This document shows, in pieces, positions 35,441-43,975 of a DNA stretch of 53,391 bases. Under the pieces are notes generated by a model. The model worked only from the letters and a program-made list of their open reading frames with translations. It ran no database searches and was not told the DNA's origin. The translations under genes and the position numbers were made by a program. Source of the stretch: an uncultured Gammaproteobacteria bacterium (GTDB taxonomy: Bacteria > Myxococcota_A > UBA9160 > SZUA-336); NCBI GenBank assembly GCA_964194645.1, contig CAXMNF010000049.1, positions 1 through 53,391 on the forward strand, in the 5' to 3' direction. Within the stretch, counting starts at the first letter, position 1. Every line of letters begins with the position of its first letter.

Positions 35441-37210
35441 ATGGCCAAGGAACGCCCCTCCGACCCGGTCACCTTGAAGACTGCAGACGTCTCCGCCATG
35501 TCGAAGGTGGAGCGCCTCAAGGCCGCGAGCGAGGGCCTGTTCTGGGTGGCCGGGCGCGAACGCCACAGCTTCGCGTCCGAGATCGACGCCATGACGCGCG
35601 GCGAGGCCGAGACGATCGGCGGCGAAGCCAAGGAGCTGTCGAAGTTCTTCGGCATCTACAAGCAGCAGGAGCGCATCGAGGGCCGCAAGACCGGCGACTA
35701 CATCTTCATGGTGCGGCTCAAGGTGCCCGCGGGCGGCGAGTTTTCGCCTGAGCAATGGACCGCGCTCAACGACGCGGCGGACCGCTTCGCCGACGGCACG
35801 ATCCGCGTCACCACGCGCCAGGGCATCCAGTTCCACCACGTAGCGGGCAAGCAACTCGGAGCCTTGATCCGCCACCTGAACGAGAGCTATCGCGAGCGCG
35901 ACTACGCGATGACGACGCTCGGCGCCTGCGGCGATGTGAACCGCAACACCATGTGCAGCCCGATCGACGACCTCGACTTCGAGTTGCCGCTCCGCTCGCG
36001 CGAGCTGGCCTTCGGCATCGCCGAGAAACTGGCGCCGCAGGCGGGAGGCCGGGCGTACCATCAGATCTTCGTAGAGGCCGACGACGGCCAGCGCATGGAG
36101 CCCGTCACGACCGACGAGCCGCTCTACGGCAAGCAGTACCTGCCGCGCAAGTTCAAGGTAGGTATCGCCCACCCGCACGACAACTCGGTCGACCTGCTGA
36201 CCCAGGACGTCGGTCTGCTGCCGGTGATGAACGGCCGCCGCGCCGAGCAGTACGACCTGTATGCCGGCGGCGGCCTCGGGTTCACGCACAACAACGCCAA
36301 GACCGCGCAGCACCTGGGCCTGTACCTGGGCCGCATTTCGCGCAACCAGGTGGTCGACGCCGTGACGGCGATCGCGATCCTCCAGAAGGAGAACGGCGAG
36401 CGCAAGGATCGGCGCCAGGCCCGCTGGAAGTACACGATCCGCCGGCTCGGGACAGACGTGGTCAAGCGCGAGCTGCGCGAGCGCTTCGACGTCGACCTGG
36501 TCGACGCGGAGCCGCAGCCGCTTCCTCGGAACCAGTTCCCGATCGGCTGGCAGCGGCAGGCCGGCGACGGCGAGCGCTGGTTCCTGGGCGTGCCCGTGCT
36601 CTCGGGACGCCTCAAGGACGAGGGCACGCACCGCCTGCGCTCCGCGCTGCGGCACATCGTGGAGGATCTCGGACTGGGCGTGCGCTGCACGCCAAACCAG
36701 GACCTGCTGCTCTGTCACATCTCCGGCGAGCAGCGCGCGCGCGTCGACGAACTGCTCGCCGAGCACGGTGCGGCCGATCTCGACTCGGCCCAGGCGGTGC
36801 GCCGCCAGGCGCTTGCCTGCCCAGCCAAGCCGACCTGCGGCCTGGCCATGACCGACGCGGAAAACATCCTGCCCCACTACCTGGACGCGCTCGAGTCGGC
36901 CGGGCTCGGCCAGGTGGACGTGGTGATCCGCATCGCGGGCTGCCCGAACTCGTGCTCGCGCCCGCCGACCGCCGAGATCGGCATCACCGGCTACGGCAAG
37001 AACGACCACATCATCCAGGTCGGCGGCTCACGCGAGGGCTCGCGCATCGGCCGCACGCTCTACGGGCGAGTGCCCGAGGACCAGATGACGCGCGTGCTGG
37101 TGGCGCTGGTCGGGGCAATCCGGGAGCACGGCGGCGGACGGCCCGCCGGCGAGTTCCTGCACGAGACCCCGCTCGAGCGGCTTCGCGAGTGGGTGGGCTT
37201 CAGCGAATAG
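35441..37210 (+). CDS. cysI: Sulfite reductase haemoprotein (sirohaem/4Fe-4S, CysI/Sir-like)
   Basis: Motifs RVTTRQGIQFH, ACGDVNRN, ACPAKPTCGLAM and GCPNSCSRP. ATG 35441 is preferred over TTG 35438. Confidence 0.85.
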   Translation: MAKERPSDPVTLKTADVSAMSKVERLKAASEGLFWVAGRERHSFASEIDAMTRGEAETIGGEAKELSKFFGIYKQQERIEGRKTGDYIFMVRLKVPAGGEFSPEQWTALNDAADRFADGTIRVTTRQGIQFHHVAGKQLGALIRHLNESYRERDYAMTTLGACGDVNRNTMCSPIDDLDFELPLRSRELAFGIAEKLAPQAGGRAYHQIFVEADDGQRMEPVTTDEPLYGKQYLPRKFKVGIAHPHDNSVDLLTQDVGLLPVMNGRRAEQYDLYAGGGLGFTHNNAKTAQHLGLYLGRISRNQVVDAVTAIAILQKENGERKDRRQARWKYTIRRLGTDVVKRELRERFDVDLVDAEPQPLPRNQFPIGWQRQAGDGERWFLGVPVLSGRLKDEGTHRLRSALRHIVEDLGLGVRCTPNQDLLLCHISGEQRARVDELLAEHGAADLDSAQAVRRQALACPAKPTCGLAMTDAENILPHYLDALESAGLGQVDVVIRIAGCPNSCSRPPTAEIGITGYGKNDHIIQVGGSREGSRIGRTLYGRVPEDQMTRVLVALVGAIREHGGGRPAGEFLHETPLERLREWVGFSE

Positions 37211-37213
37211 CCC

Positions 37214-37990
37214 GTGGCGCTGGTCGAGCTCTCGGTGGAGCGGGGGATCGCGGAAGTCCGGCTGAACCGGCCCGACGCGCTCAACTCGCTTTCGTCGGCG
37301 CTGCTCGAGGAGCTGGACACGAGCATCGCGAAGATCGAGGGCGAGCCGGGCATCCACGCCGTGTATGTCGTCGGCGAGGGGCGTGCCTTCGTGGCGGGTG
37401 CGGACATCGAAGAGATATCGGCGCTCGATGCCACGAGCGGACTCGCCTTCTCGGAACGCGGCCAGTCCGTGTTCAGCCGCATCGAGAAGCTGCGCGTGCC
37501 GGTCGTCGCCGCCGTGAACGGCTTCGCGCTGGGCGGCGGCTGCGAGCTGGCCATGGCCTGCCACCTGCGCATCGCCTCGGAGAAGGCGCGCTTCGGCCAG
37601 CCCGAGGTGAAGCTCGGCATCTTGCCCGGCTTCGGGGGCACTCAGCGCCTGCCGCGGCTGGTGGGTCGCGGCGTCGCCACGGAACTGACCCTGTCGGGCC
37701 GCATCATCAAGGCGGACGAGGCACTGCGCATCGGCCTGGTGAACGAGGTGGTGGCGCCCGATCAGCTGCTGCCGCGCACGCTCGAGTGGCTGGGCACGGC
37801 GCTCGCAAACGGACCCGAGGCGCTTGCGGCCTCGCTCCAGGCGATCGGCTGCGGACTGGACGGCACGCTCGAACAGGGACTGGCGCTCGAGGCGAAGCTG
37901 TTCGCCGAGGCGTGCAACAGCGACGAGAAGCGCGAGGGCACGCGCGCGTTCCTCGAGAAGCGCGACCCCGAGTTCAAGCGACCCGGCTGA
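37214..37990 (+). CDS. Enoyl-CoA hydratase (crotonase family)
   Basis: Motifs FVAGADI, GFALGGGCELAMACHLRIAS and LGILPGFGGTQRL. Confidence 0.9.
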   Translation: MALVELSVERGIAEVRLNRPDALNSLSSALLEELDTSIAKIEGEPGIHAVYVVGEGRAFVAGADIEEISALDATSGLAFSERGQSVFSRIEKLRVPVVAAVNGFALGGGCELAMACHLRIASEKARFGQPEVKLGILPGFGGTQRLPRLVGRGVATELTLSGRIIKADEALRIGLVNEVVAPDQLLPRTLEWLGTALANGPEALAASLQAIGCGLDGTLEQGLALEAKLFAEACNSDEKREGTRAFLEKRDPEFKRPG

Positions 37991-38097
37991 AGCGCGCGCC
38001 GAGCGTTGCTCGAACTGGATTCCGATGGGGCTGCATCCTATCGTACCGATGAGTGTCGCAGTGCCCCCCGCTGACGGCGTTCGGCAGGGGGGAACCC

Positions 38098-39408
38098 ATG
38101 ACGCACACACCGCGCGAGCAGTGGGGCACGCGACTCGGCTTCGTCTTCGCCGCGGTCGGCTCCGCAGTCGGCCTCGGCAACATGTGGCGCTTCTCGTACC
38201 TGACGGCCGAGAACGGCGGCGCGGCCTTCCTGTTGCTCTACGTCGCGATCGTGCTGGTGGTCGGGCTGCCGGTGCTGCTCGCCGAGCTCGTGATCGGGCG
38301 CGGCTCGAACAAGAGCCCGATCGCCGCCCTGGTCCACTACGGCGGACCCGCCTGGGCGCCGCTCGGCGGCATCTTCGTGGGCTGCGGCTTCCTGATCCTG
38401 GCCTACTACTCCGTGATCTCCGGCTGGACGCTGCGCTATGCGCTGATGGCGGCGAGCGGCGGCTTCGGCAGCGATCCAGAAGCCCTGTTCGGCGAGATCG
38501 CGACCGGACCCGCCGCGATCGCCTGGCACCTCGGCTTCATGGGCCTGACCACCTTGGTGGTTCAACGCGGCGTGCGCGGCGGGATCGAGCGCGCGACGCT
38601 GGTGCTGATGCCGCTCTTGTTCGTCGTGGTGTGCGGCATCGCCGTGTACGCCGCCACGCTCGAGGGCTCGGGGGCCGGCTACGCGTACTACCTGTCGCCG
38701 GACTTCCGGGGCATCTGGAGCTGGAAGGTCTTCTCCGACGCGGCCTCGCAGGCGTTCTTCAGCTTGAGCCTGGGGATGGGCGCGATGCTCACCTATGCCA
38801 GCTACCTGACCGACGACCACGACCTGCCGGAGGAATCCCTGCTGGTCGCGTTGTCGGACTTCGGTGTGGCGTTCGTGGCGGGGCTCGCGGTGTTCCCGGT
38901 GATCTTTGCGCTCGGCCTCTCGCAAGCGGTCGGCGAGAGCACGATCGGCGCCCTGTTCATCACGCTCCCCTCGGCCTTCAACCAGATGGGCACGGCGGGG
39001 GTCCTGGTCGGAGGCGTGTTCTTCGTAGCCCTGGCGGTGGCAGCTCTCACCTCGGCGATCTCGCTGCTCGAGGTGGTCGTGGCGAGCGCGATCGATGGCC
39101 TGGGCTGGACGCGGCGCAGGGCCGCGTTGGTCGGCGGCGGCGCGGTCGCCGCGCTCGGCATCGCACCCGCGCTGTCGCTCGGCGCGCTGGACTGGATGGA
39201 CAAGATCGCCGGCAACGTGCTGCTCGTGGCCGGCGGCCTGGCGCTCTCGATCTTCGTCGGCTGGGTGATGCCGGACCCGATGGGCGAAGTCGCACGCGGC
39301 ACCCACGGCGTCCGCTGGTTCTTCCTCTGGCGCTGGCTGCTGCGCGTCCCCGTCCCCCTCGTCCTGGCAGTAATCCTCTACGCCACTATCACATCCCTGT
39401 TCCCGTAG
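38098..39408 (+). CDS. Sodium-dependent transporter, SNF (neurotransmitter:sodium symporter) family
   Basis: Motifs WGTRLGFVFAAVGSAVGLGNMWRFSY and NGGAAFLL.Y. About 11-12 TM segments. The TAG stop lies inside the GTAG head of the REP element. Confidence 0.88.
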   Translation: MTHTPREQWGTRLGFVFAAVGSAVGLGNMWRFSYLTAENGGAAFLLLYVAIVLVVGLPVLLAELVIGRGSNKSPIAALVHYGGPAWAPLGGIFVGCGFLILAYYSVISGWTLRYALMAASGGFGSDPEALFGEIATGPAAIAWHLGFMGLTTLVVQRGVRGGIERATLVLMPLLFVVVCGIAVYAATLEGSGAGYAYYLSPDFRGIWSWKVFSDAASQAFFSLSLGMGAMLTYASYLTDDHDLPEESLLVALSDFGVAFVAGLAVFPVIFALGLSQAVGESTIGALFITLPSAFNQMGTAGVLVGGVFFVALAVAALTSAISLLEVVVASAIDGLGWTRRRAALVGGGAVAALGIAPALSLGALDWMDKIAGNVLLVAGGLALSIFVGWVMPDPMGEVARGTHGVRWFFLWRWLLRVPVPLVLAVILYATITSLFP

Positions 39409-39511
39409 GAGAGCGACTCTTCCCGGAGTCGCTCTCCGCGCGGCAAGGCGAGCTACGCTCGCCGTTAGGCCGCTAGTCGTGCCGCTAGTTGTGCCGCTAG
39501 TCGCTCCGCTA
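39399..39511. repeat. Single REP-like element (same family as 1-214) filling the convergent intergenic gap, with four 12-nt GCCGCTAG sub-repeats at its right end
   Basis: Reads gttcccGTAGgagagcgactc-ttcccg-gagtcgctctcc...ggcgagc-tac-gctcgcc-gttaggccgctag... The flanking stop codons (TAG 39406-39408 on plus, TAG 39509-39511 on minus) are both within it. Confidence 0.88.
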
Positions 39512-41053
39512 GAAGATGGCCTCGATCAGGTGGGGGCCGGGCTGGGCGAGGGCGCGCTCGAGTTCGCGGGCGAGCTGGTCGGCCGCGTCGACCCTGACCC
39601 CGGGCACGCCCATGCCGCGCGCCAGCGCCACCCAGTCGAGCTCGGGCTCGCGCAGCGAGGTGAGGGAGCTGGCAACCGGGCCGGGCTGCGCGATGTCGGC
39701 GCGCGCCAACTCGACGCGCAGGATGCGGTACTCGCGGTTCGCACAGATCACGGTCGTCACGTCCAGTCCCTCGCGAGCCTGGGTCCACAGGCTCTGGAGG
39801 GTGTACATGCCGCTGCCGTCGGCCTGGAACGCGATCACCGGCCGATCCGGACAGGCCAGTGCGGCTCCGGTCGCACAGGGCAGCCCCTGCCCGATCGCGC
39901 CGCCGGTCAGACCGAGCACCGTGTGCGGCGGGCAGTGCTCCGAGAGCGACGCGTAGCCGAAGCCGCTGGTCGCCGCCTCATCGACGACGATCGACCCGTC
40001 CGGCTGCACCGACGCAATCGCGGCGCCGATCGTGCCGGGATCCAGCGCACCGCTCGGCCGGCCCGGACGCTCGCCCGGCGCCTCGCGGCGCGTCGCACCC
40101 GACGCGCCGAGCCGCTCGGCGAGCGCCGCCAAGGCACCCGGAGCGTCGCCGCCGGGACCGACCAGCTCGTGCACGGCGCAGCCGGCGGGTGTGGGCCGCT
40201 CGATGCCGCCGGGATAACCGAAGAACGCGACCGGCGCGCGCGCGCCCACCAGGATCAGGTGGGCGAAGCCCTCCAGGAGCTGCGCGGCCTGCTCGGGGAA
40301 GTACGGCAAGCGTTCCACGGCGGGCAGTCCCGCGCCGCGCTCCAGCCGGGCGACGAACGTGTCGCAGGCCAGGCGGCAGCCACTCTTCGCCGCAATCGTC
40401 GCGGCGCGCTCCAGGCCAAGCGGGCGCAGCGCGCGGCCGCCGAGTAGCAGGAGCGCCGGTTCGCCACTCTCGAGCGCGGCCGCGGCGCCGGCCAGTGCCG
40501 CTTCGGAAAGCTCCTCGGGAGCAGCCGGTGCAACGGGTTTCGCGGGCGCGCCGGCTTCGTCCCAGGCCGCATCAGCAGGCACTACCAGGGTCGCAGAGCC
40601 GCACGGTGCGCTCGACGCTGCGGCGATCGCAAGGGCGAGATCGGACGGCAGCTGTTTCGCGCTCTTCGCGGTGCGCAGCCACTTCGACACGGGCGCGGCG
40701 AGCGAGTCGATGTCGGAGGCAAGTGGCGGGTCGTTCGCAACGTGCCAGGTCGGGTGGTCGCCGATCAGGTTCACGATCGGTGTGTATGCGCGGCGGGCGT
40801 TGTGCAGGTTCGCAATGCCGTTCGCGAAGCCCGGGCCCAGGTGCAGCAGGGTGAGCGCGGGCCGCTCCGCCATGCGCCCATAGCCGTCGGCCGCCCCGCT
40901 ACACACGCCCTCGAACAGGCAGAGCACCGCGCGCACCTCGGGCACCGCGTCGAGCGCGCCCACGAGCTGCATCTCGGTCGTGCCGGGGTTCGTCAGGCAC
41001 AGCTCGATGCCCGCGGCGGCGGCGGTGCGGATCGCGCTCTCGGCTCCGTTCAC
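39509..41053 (-). CDS. Thiamine-pyrophosphate-dependent enzyme (acetolactate synthase large subunit-like)
   Basis: GTG 41053 gives VNGAESAIRT..GIELCLTNPGTTEM. TPP motif region GAIGQGLP...DGSGMY. Confidence 0.8.
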   Translation of the reverse strand: MNGAESAIRTAAAAGIELCLTNPGTTEMQLVGALDAVPEVRAVLCLFEGVCSGAADGYGRMAERPALTLLHLGPGFANGIANLHNARRAYTPIVNLIGDHPTWHVANDPPLASDIDSLAAPVSKWLRTAKSAKQLPSDLALAIAAASSAPCGSATLVVPADAAWDEAGAPAKPVAPAAPEELSEAALAGAAAALESGEPALLLLGGRALRPLGLERAATIAAKSGCRLACDTFVARLERGAGLPAVERLPYFPEQAAQLLEGFAHLILVGARAPVAFFGYPGGIERPTPAGCAVHELVGPGGDAPGALAALAERLGASGATRREAPGERPGRPSGALDPGTIGAAIASVQPDGSIVVDEAATSGFGYASLSEHCPPHTVLGLTGGAIGQGLPCATGAALACPDRPVIAFQADGSGMYTLQSLWTQAREGLDVTTVICANREYRILRVELARADIAQPGPVASSLTSLREPELDWVALARGMGVPGVRVDAADQLARELERALAQPGPHLIEAIF

Positions 41054-41098
41054 GGGCCGATTATAGGGCTCCGGCGAGGGTTCGCGATGCGGGTCGGC

Positions 41099-41104
41099 TA
41101 GAAT
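41099..41104 (+). promoter_or_regulatory. Candidate -10 box TAGAAT exactly 6 nt upstream of ATG 41111 (leaderless-type geometry)
   Basis: The sequence is ggcTAGAATcggcgcATG. There is no SD. Confidence 0.3.
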
Positions 41105-41110
41105 CGGCGC

Positions 41111-41542
41111 ATGACAGATCGCCTGGTAACCGTGGTGCGCTACTCGCGGCCGATCGACGCTCAGCTCGCGAAGGCCCAGCTCGAGGTGCGCGGCATTCCC
41201 AGCCATCTGCGCAACGAGGCAAGTGCCAGCATCGCGGGTGCGACGGGAGTGGACCTTCAGGTGCCGGAGGAGTACGCCGAAGCGGCCGCAGAGCTGCTGG
41301 ACCGAAGAGGCCGCCGGCACCGCGCGGACGCGGCCCGCGCTGCCGCGGAGGCCGAGGCGGAGCTGGAGCGCTGTCTGATCTGCCGCTCGACCCTGGCCGA
41401 GCCGAGCGCGGGGTCGCTGCTGCTGCGCATCTTGCGCGGGATCCTGCTGCAGCTGGTGCCGCTGCCCCCGCAGTGGCTGGAGGGCCGCAAGCGCTGCTCC
41501 ACCTGCGGCCACGAGTGGATCGCCGAGCGACCGAGTACGTAA
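41111..41542 (+). CDS. DUF2007-like (putative signal-transducing) domain protein with a C-terminal CxxC...CxxC zinc-ribbon-like element
   Basis: The N-terminus LVTVVRYSRPIDAQLAKAQLEVRGIPSHL is typical of DUF2007. Cysteines CLIC and CSTC flank a hydrophobic segment. Confidence 0.55.
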   Translation: MTDRLVTVVRYSRPIDAQLAKAQLEVRGIPSHLRNEASASIAGATGVDLQVPEEYAEAAAELLDRRGRRHRADAARAAAEAEAELERCLICRSTLAEPSAGSLLLRILRGILLQLVPLPPQWLEGRKRCSTCGHEWIAERPST

Positions 41543-41606
41543 CCCGAGCGCCCCGGCCGGCACCCCAGCCTTTCGAACCCGAGAACCCCGAGTGAGGAGA
41601 GTGCCC

Positions 41607-42215
41607 ATGATCAAGCTCTACACGGCCGCCACGCCCAACGGCCGCAAGGTCTCCGTTGCCCTCGAGGAAGTCGGCCTGCCCTACGAGGTTCACGCGGTGG
41701 ACCTGGCGAATGGCGAGCAACTGAAGCCGGAGTTCCTAGCGCTGAACCCGAACCACAAGATTCCCGTGATCGACGACGACGGACTGGTGATCTGGGAGTC
41801 GGGCGCGATCCTGCTACATCTCGCCGAGAAGAGCGGGAAGTTGCTGCCGAAGGACGCGGCCGGCCGCAGCGCGGCGATCCAGTACGCGTTCTTCCAGACC
41901 GGAGGGATCGGGCCGACCCTGGGCCGCCTGGGCGCTCAGCTGCGCAGGCCGGAGAACGAGCGCAACGCCGAGATCGTGCAGATCTTCAGCGACGAGACCG
42001 ACCGCCTGATGGAGGTGCTGGACCGCATCCTGGAAGACGGCCGCGAGTACCTGACCGGCGAGTTCTCGATCGGCGACATCATGCACTTTGGTTGGCTCGA
42101 CATCCCGCTGAAGCTCGGCATGAAGCCCATCGTGGAGCGCCCGCGTGTGAAGGCCTGGCTGGAGCGCATCGCGGCGCGCCCCGCCGTGCAGCGCGGCATG
42201 CAGATCCCCTCCTAA
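41607..42215 (+). CDS. Glutathione S-transferase (Nu-class, YfcG/YghU-like)
   Basis: SD GAGGAG. N-terminal motif LYTAATPNGRKVSVALEE and NPNHKIPVIDD. Confidence 0.85.
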   Translation: MIKLYTAATPNGRKVSVALEEVGLPYEVHAVDLANGEQLKPEFLALNPNHKIPVIDDDGLVIWESGAILLHLAEKSGKLLPKDAAGRSAAIQYAFFQTGGIGPTLGRLGAQLRRPENERNAEIVQIFSDETDRLMEVLDRILEDGREYLTGEFSIGDIMHFGWLDIPLKLGMKPIVERPRVKAWLERIAARPAVQRGMQIPS

Positions 42216-42334
42216 GAGGACTGGCTTCAACGACGGGCGCCGGCAGCCAGGGCACGGACCCACGCCCGCCGCGCGGCCCGCCGCCTATTGGCTCGGGCAC
42301 CGGCCGTGGGCAGCCGCCCAGCAGAGCTTCAACC

Positions 42335-43117
42335 CTACTTCCCCTTCCACTCGGGCTTGCGCTTCTCGGCGAAGGCCCGGGGACCCTCCACGAAGTCCTC
42401 GCTCTTCAACATGCTGCGCAGCCCCTCGAACTGGGTGCGCGTCGCTTCCTGGAGGCCGACCTCCAGGCCGCCCAGCGCGGCCTCCTTGCTGGCGCGCACC
42501 GAGAGCGGGGCGCACTCGAGAATCTGTTCCGCCCAGGCGCGCGCGGCCTTCATGAGCTGGTCGTGGGGAACCACTTCGTTCACGAAGCCGAGCTCGCGCC
42601 CTTCCTGGGCGCTCACGCGCCGGCCGGTCAGGAGCATGCCCATGGCGTGCTTCAGGCCGATCTGACGCGGCAGGCGGTGAATGCCGCCCGCCAGGGCCGC
42701 CAGGCCGACGCGCGGCTCGGGCAGCGCGAACACCGCCTTCTCCGACGCGATGATCAGGTCGCAGGCCAGCGCGATCTCGAAGCCGCCGCCCATTGCCACT
42801 CCATTCACCGCGGCGATCACCGGCTTGCGGTTGTCGAAGCGCGCGGTGAGGCCGGCGAAGCCGCTTTCGGGCATCGGAATCCCCGCGCGCCCGCCAGATG
42901 CCTGAAACTTCAGGTCGTTGCCCGCGCTGAAGGCGCGTTCGCCCGCACCGGTGATGATGGCCACCCACAACTCGGGATCGGCGACGAACGTGTCGAACAC
43001 CCCGGCGAGTTCCTGATTCGCCATGGGGTGCAGAGAGTTCATCACCTCTGGGCGATCGATCGTGACCGTGAGGATTCGCCCGTCCCGCTCCGTCCGACAG
43101 TACTCGAACTCCGGCAT
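42335..43117 (-). CDS. Enoyl-CoA hydratase/isomerase family protein (carnitinyl-CoA dehydratase-like)
   Basis: Motifs FSAGNDL, VNGVAMGGGFEIALACDLIIAS and the C-terminal FVEGPRAFAEKRKPEWKG. Confidence 0.88.
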   Translation of the reverse strand: MPEFEYCRTERDGRILTVTIDRPEVMNSLHPMANQELAGVFDTFVADPELWVAIITGAGERAFSAGNDLKFQASGGRAGIPMPESGFAGLTARFDNRKPVIAAVNGVAMGGGFEIALACDLIIASEKAVFALPEPRVGLAALAGGIHRLPRQIGLKHAMGMLLTGRRVSAQEGRELGFVNEVVPHDQLMKAARAWAEQILECAPLSVRASKEAALGGLEVGLQEATRTQFEGLRSMLKSEDFVEGPRAFAEKRKPEWKGK

Positions 43118-43160
43118 GCCGCATACGGTACCATCCGGAGCGACGCGGGAGGAGAATGCG

Positions 43161-43931
43161 GTGATCGAGCGGCTGTTTTCGGTCGAGGGCAAGGTTGCCC
43201 TGGTGACGGGGGGATCGCGTGGCATCGGGCTGATGATCGCGCGCGGCCTGGTCGAGGCGGGTGCCCGGGTCTACATCTCCTCGCGCAAGGCCGACGTGTG
43301 CGAATCCGTCTCCCAGGAATTGTCGCAGCACGGCAGCTGTGCTGCGCTGCCCGCGGATCTGGCGAGCCGCGACGATGCGCGCCGGCTCGTGGAGGCGCTC
43401 GGCGAGCGCGAGAGCCGGCTCGACGTGCTGGTGAACAACGCCGGGGCGAACTGGGGCGCACCGCTCGAGGAGTTCCCGGAAGCGGGCTGGGACAAGGTCA
43501 TGGACCTGAACCTCCGCTCGATCTTCTTCCTGACGCGCGACCTGCTGCCGCTGCTGCGCAAGGAGGCGACGCGCGAGGATCCGGCCCGCGTGATCAACAT
43601 CGGCTCGATCGATGGCATCACGGTGCCGCTGCTCGAGACCTACGCCTACTCGGCGAGCAAGGCGGCTCTGCACCACATGACGGCCGTACTGGCGCGCAAG
43701 CTGGCCCCGGACATCACCGTGAACGCCGTGGCCCCCGGCCCCTTCGAGAGCAAGATGATGGAGGCCACGCTCGAGCAGTTCCGCGATTCGCTCGTGCAGA
43801 CCGTCCCCCGCCGCCGCATCGGGGAGCCCGAGGACATGGCGGGCGTCGTCCTCTTCCTCGCCTCGCGCGCTGGCGCCTACACCACCGGCGCCGTTCTGCC
43901 CGTAGACGGCGGTCTCTCCACCTGCCGCTAG
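43161..43931 (+). CDS. Short-chain dehydrogenase/reductase (RhlG / 3-oxoacyl-ACP reductase-like)
   Basis: SD GGGAGGAG. Motifs TGGSRGIG, NNAG and YSASKAAL. Confidence 0.88.
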   Translation: MIERLFSVEGKVALVTGGSRGIGLMIARGLVEAGARVYISSRKADVCESVSQELSQHGSCAALPADLASRDDARRLVEALGERESRLDVLVNNAGANWGAPLEEFPEAGWDKVMDLNLRSIFFLTRDLLPLLRKEATREDPARVINIGSIDGITVPLLETYAYSASKAALHHMTAVLARKLAPDITVNAVAPGPFESKMMEATLEQFRDSLVQTVPRRRIGEPEDMAGVVLFLASRAGAYTTGAVLPVDGGLSTCR

Positions 43932-43975
43932 ACTAGCGCTCACCTTGCCCGCGCCGCCCTCCCAATCCAGCACCC

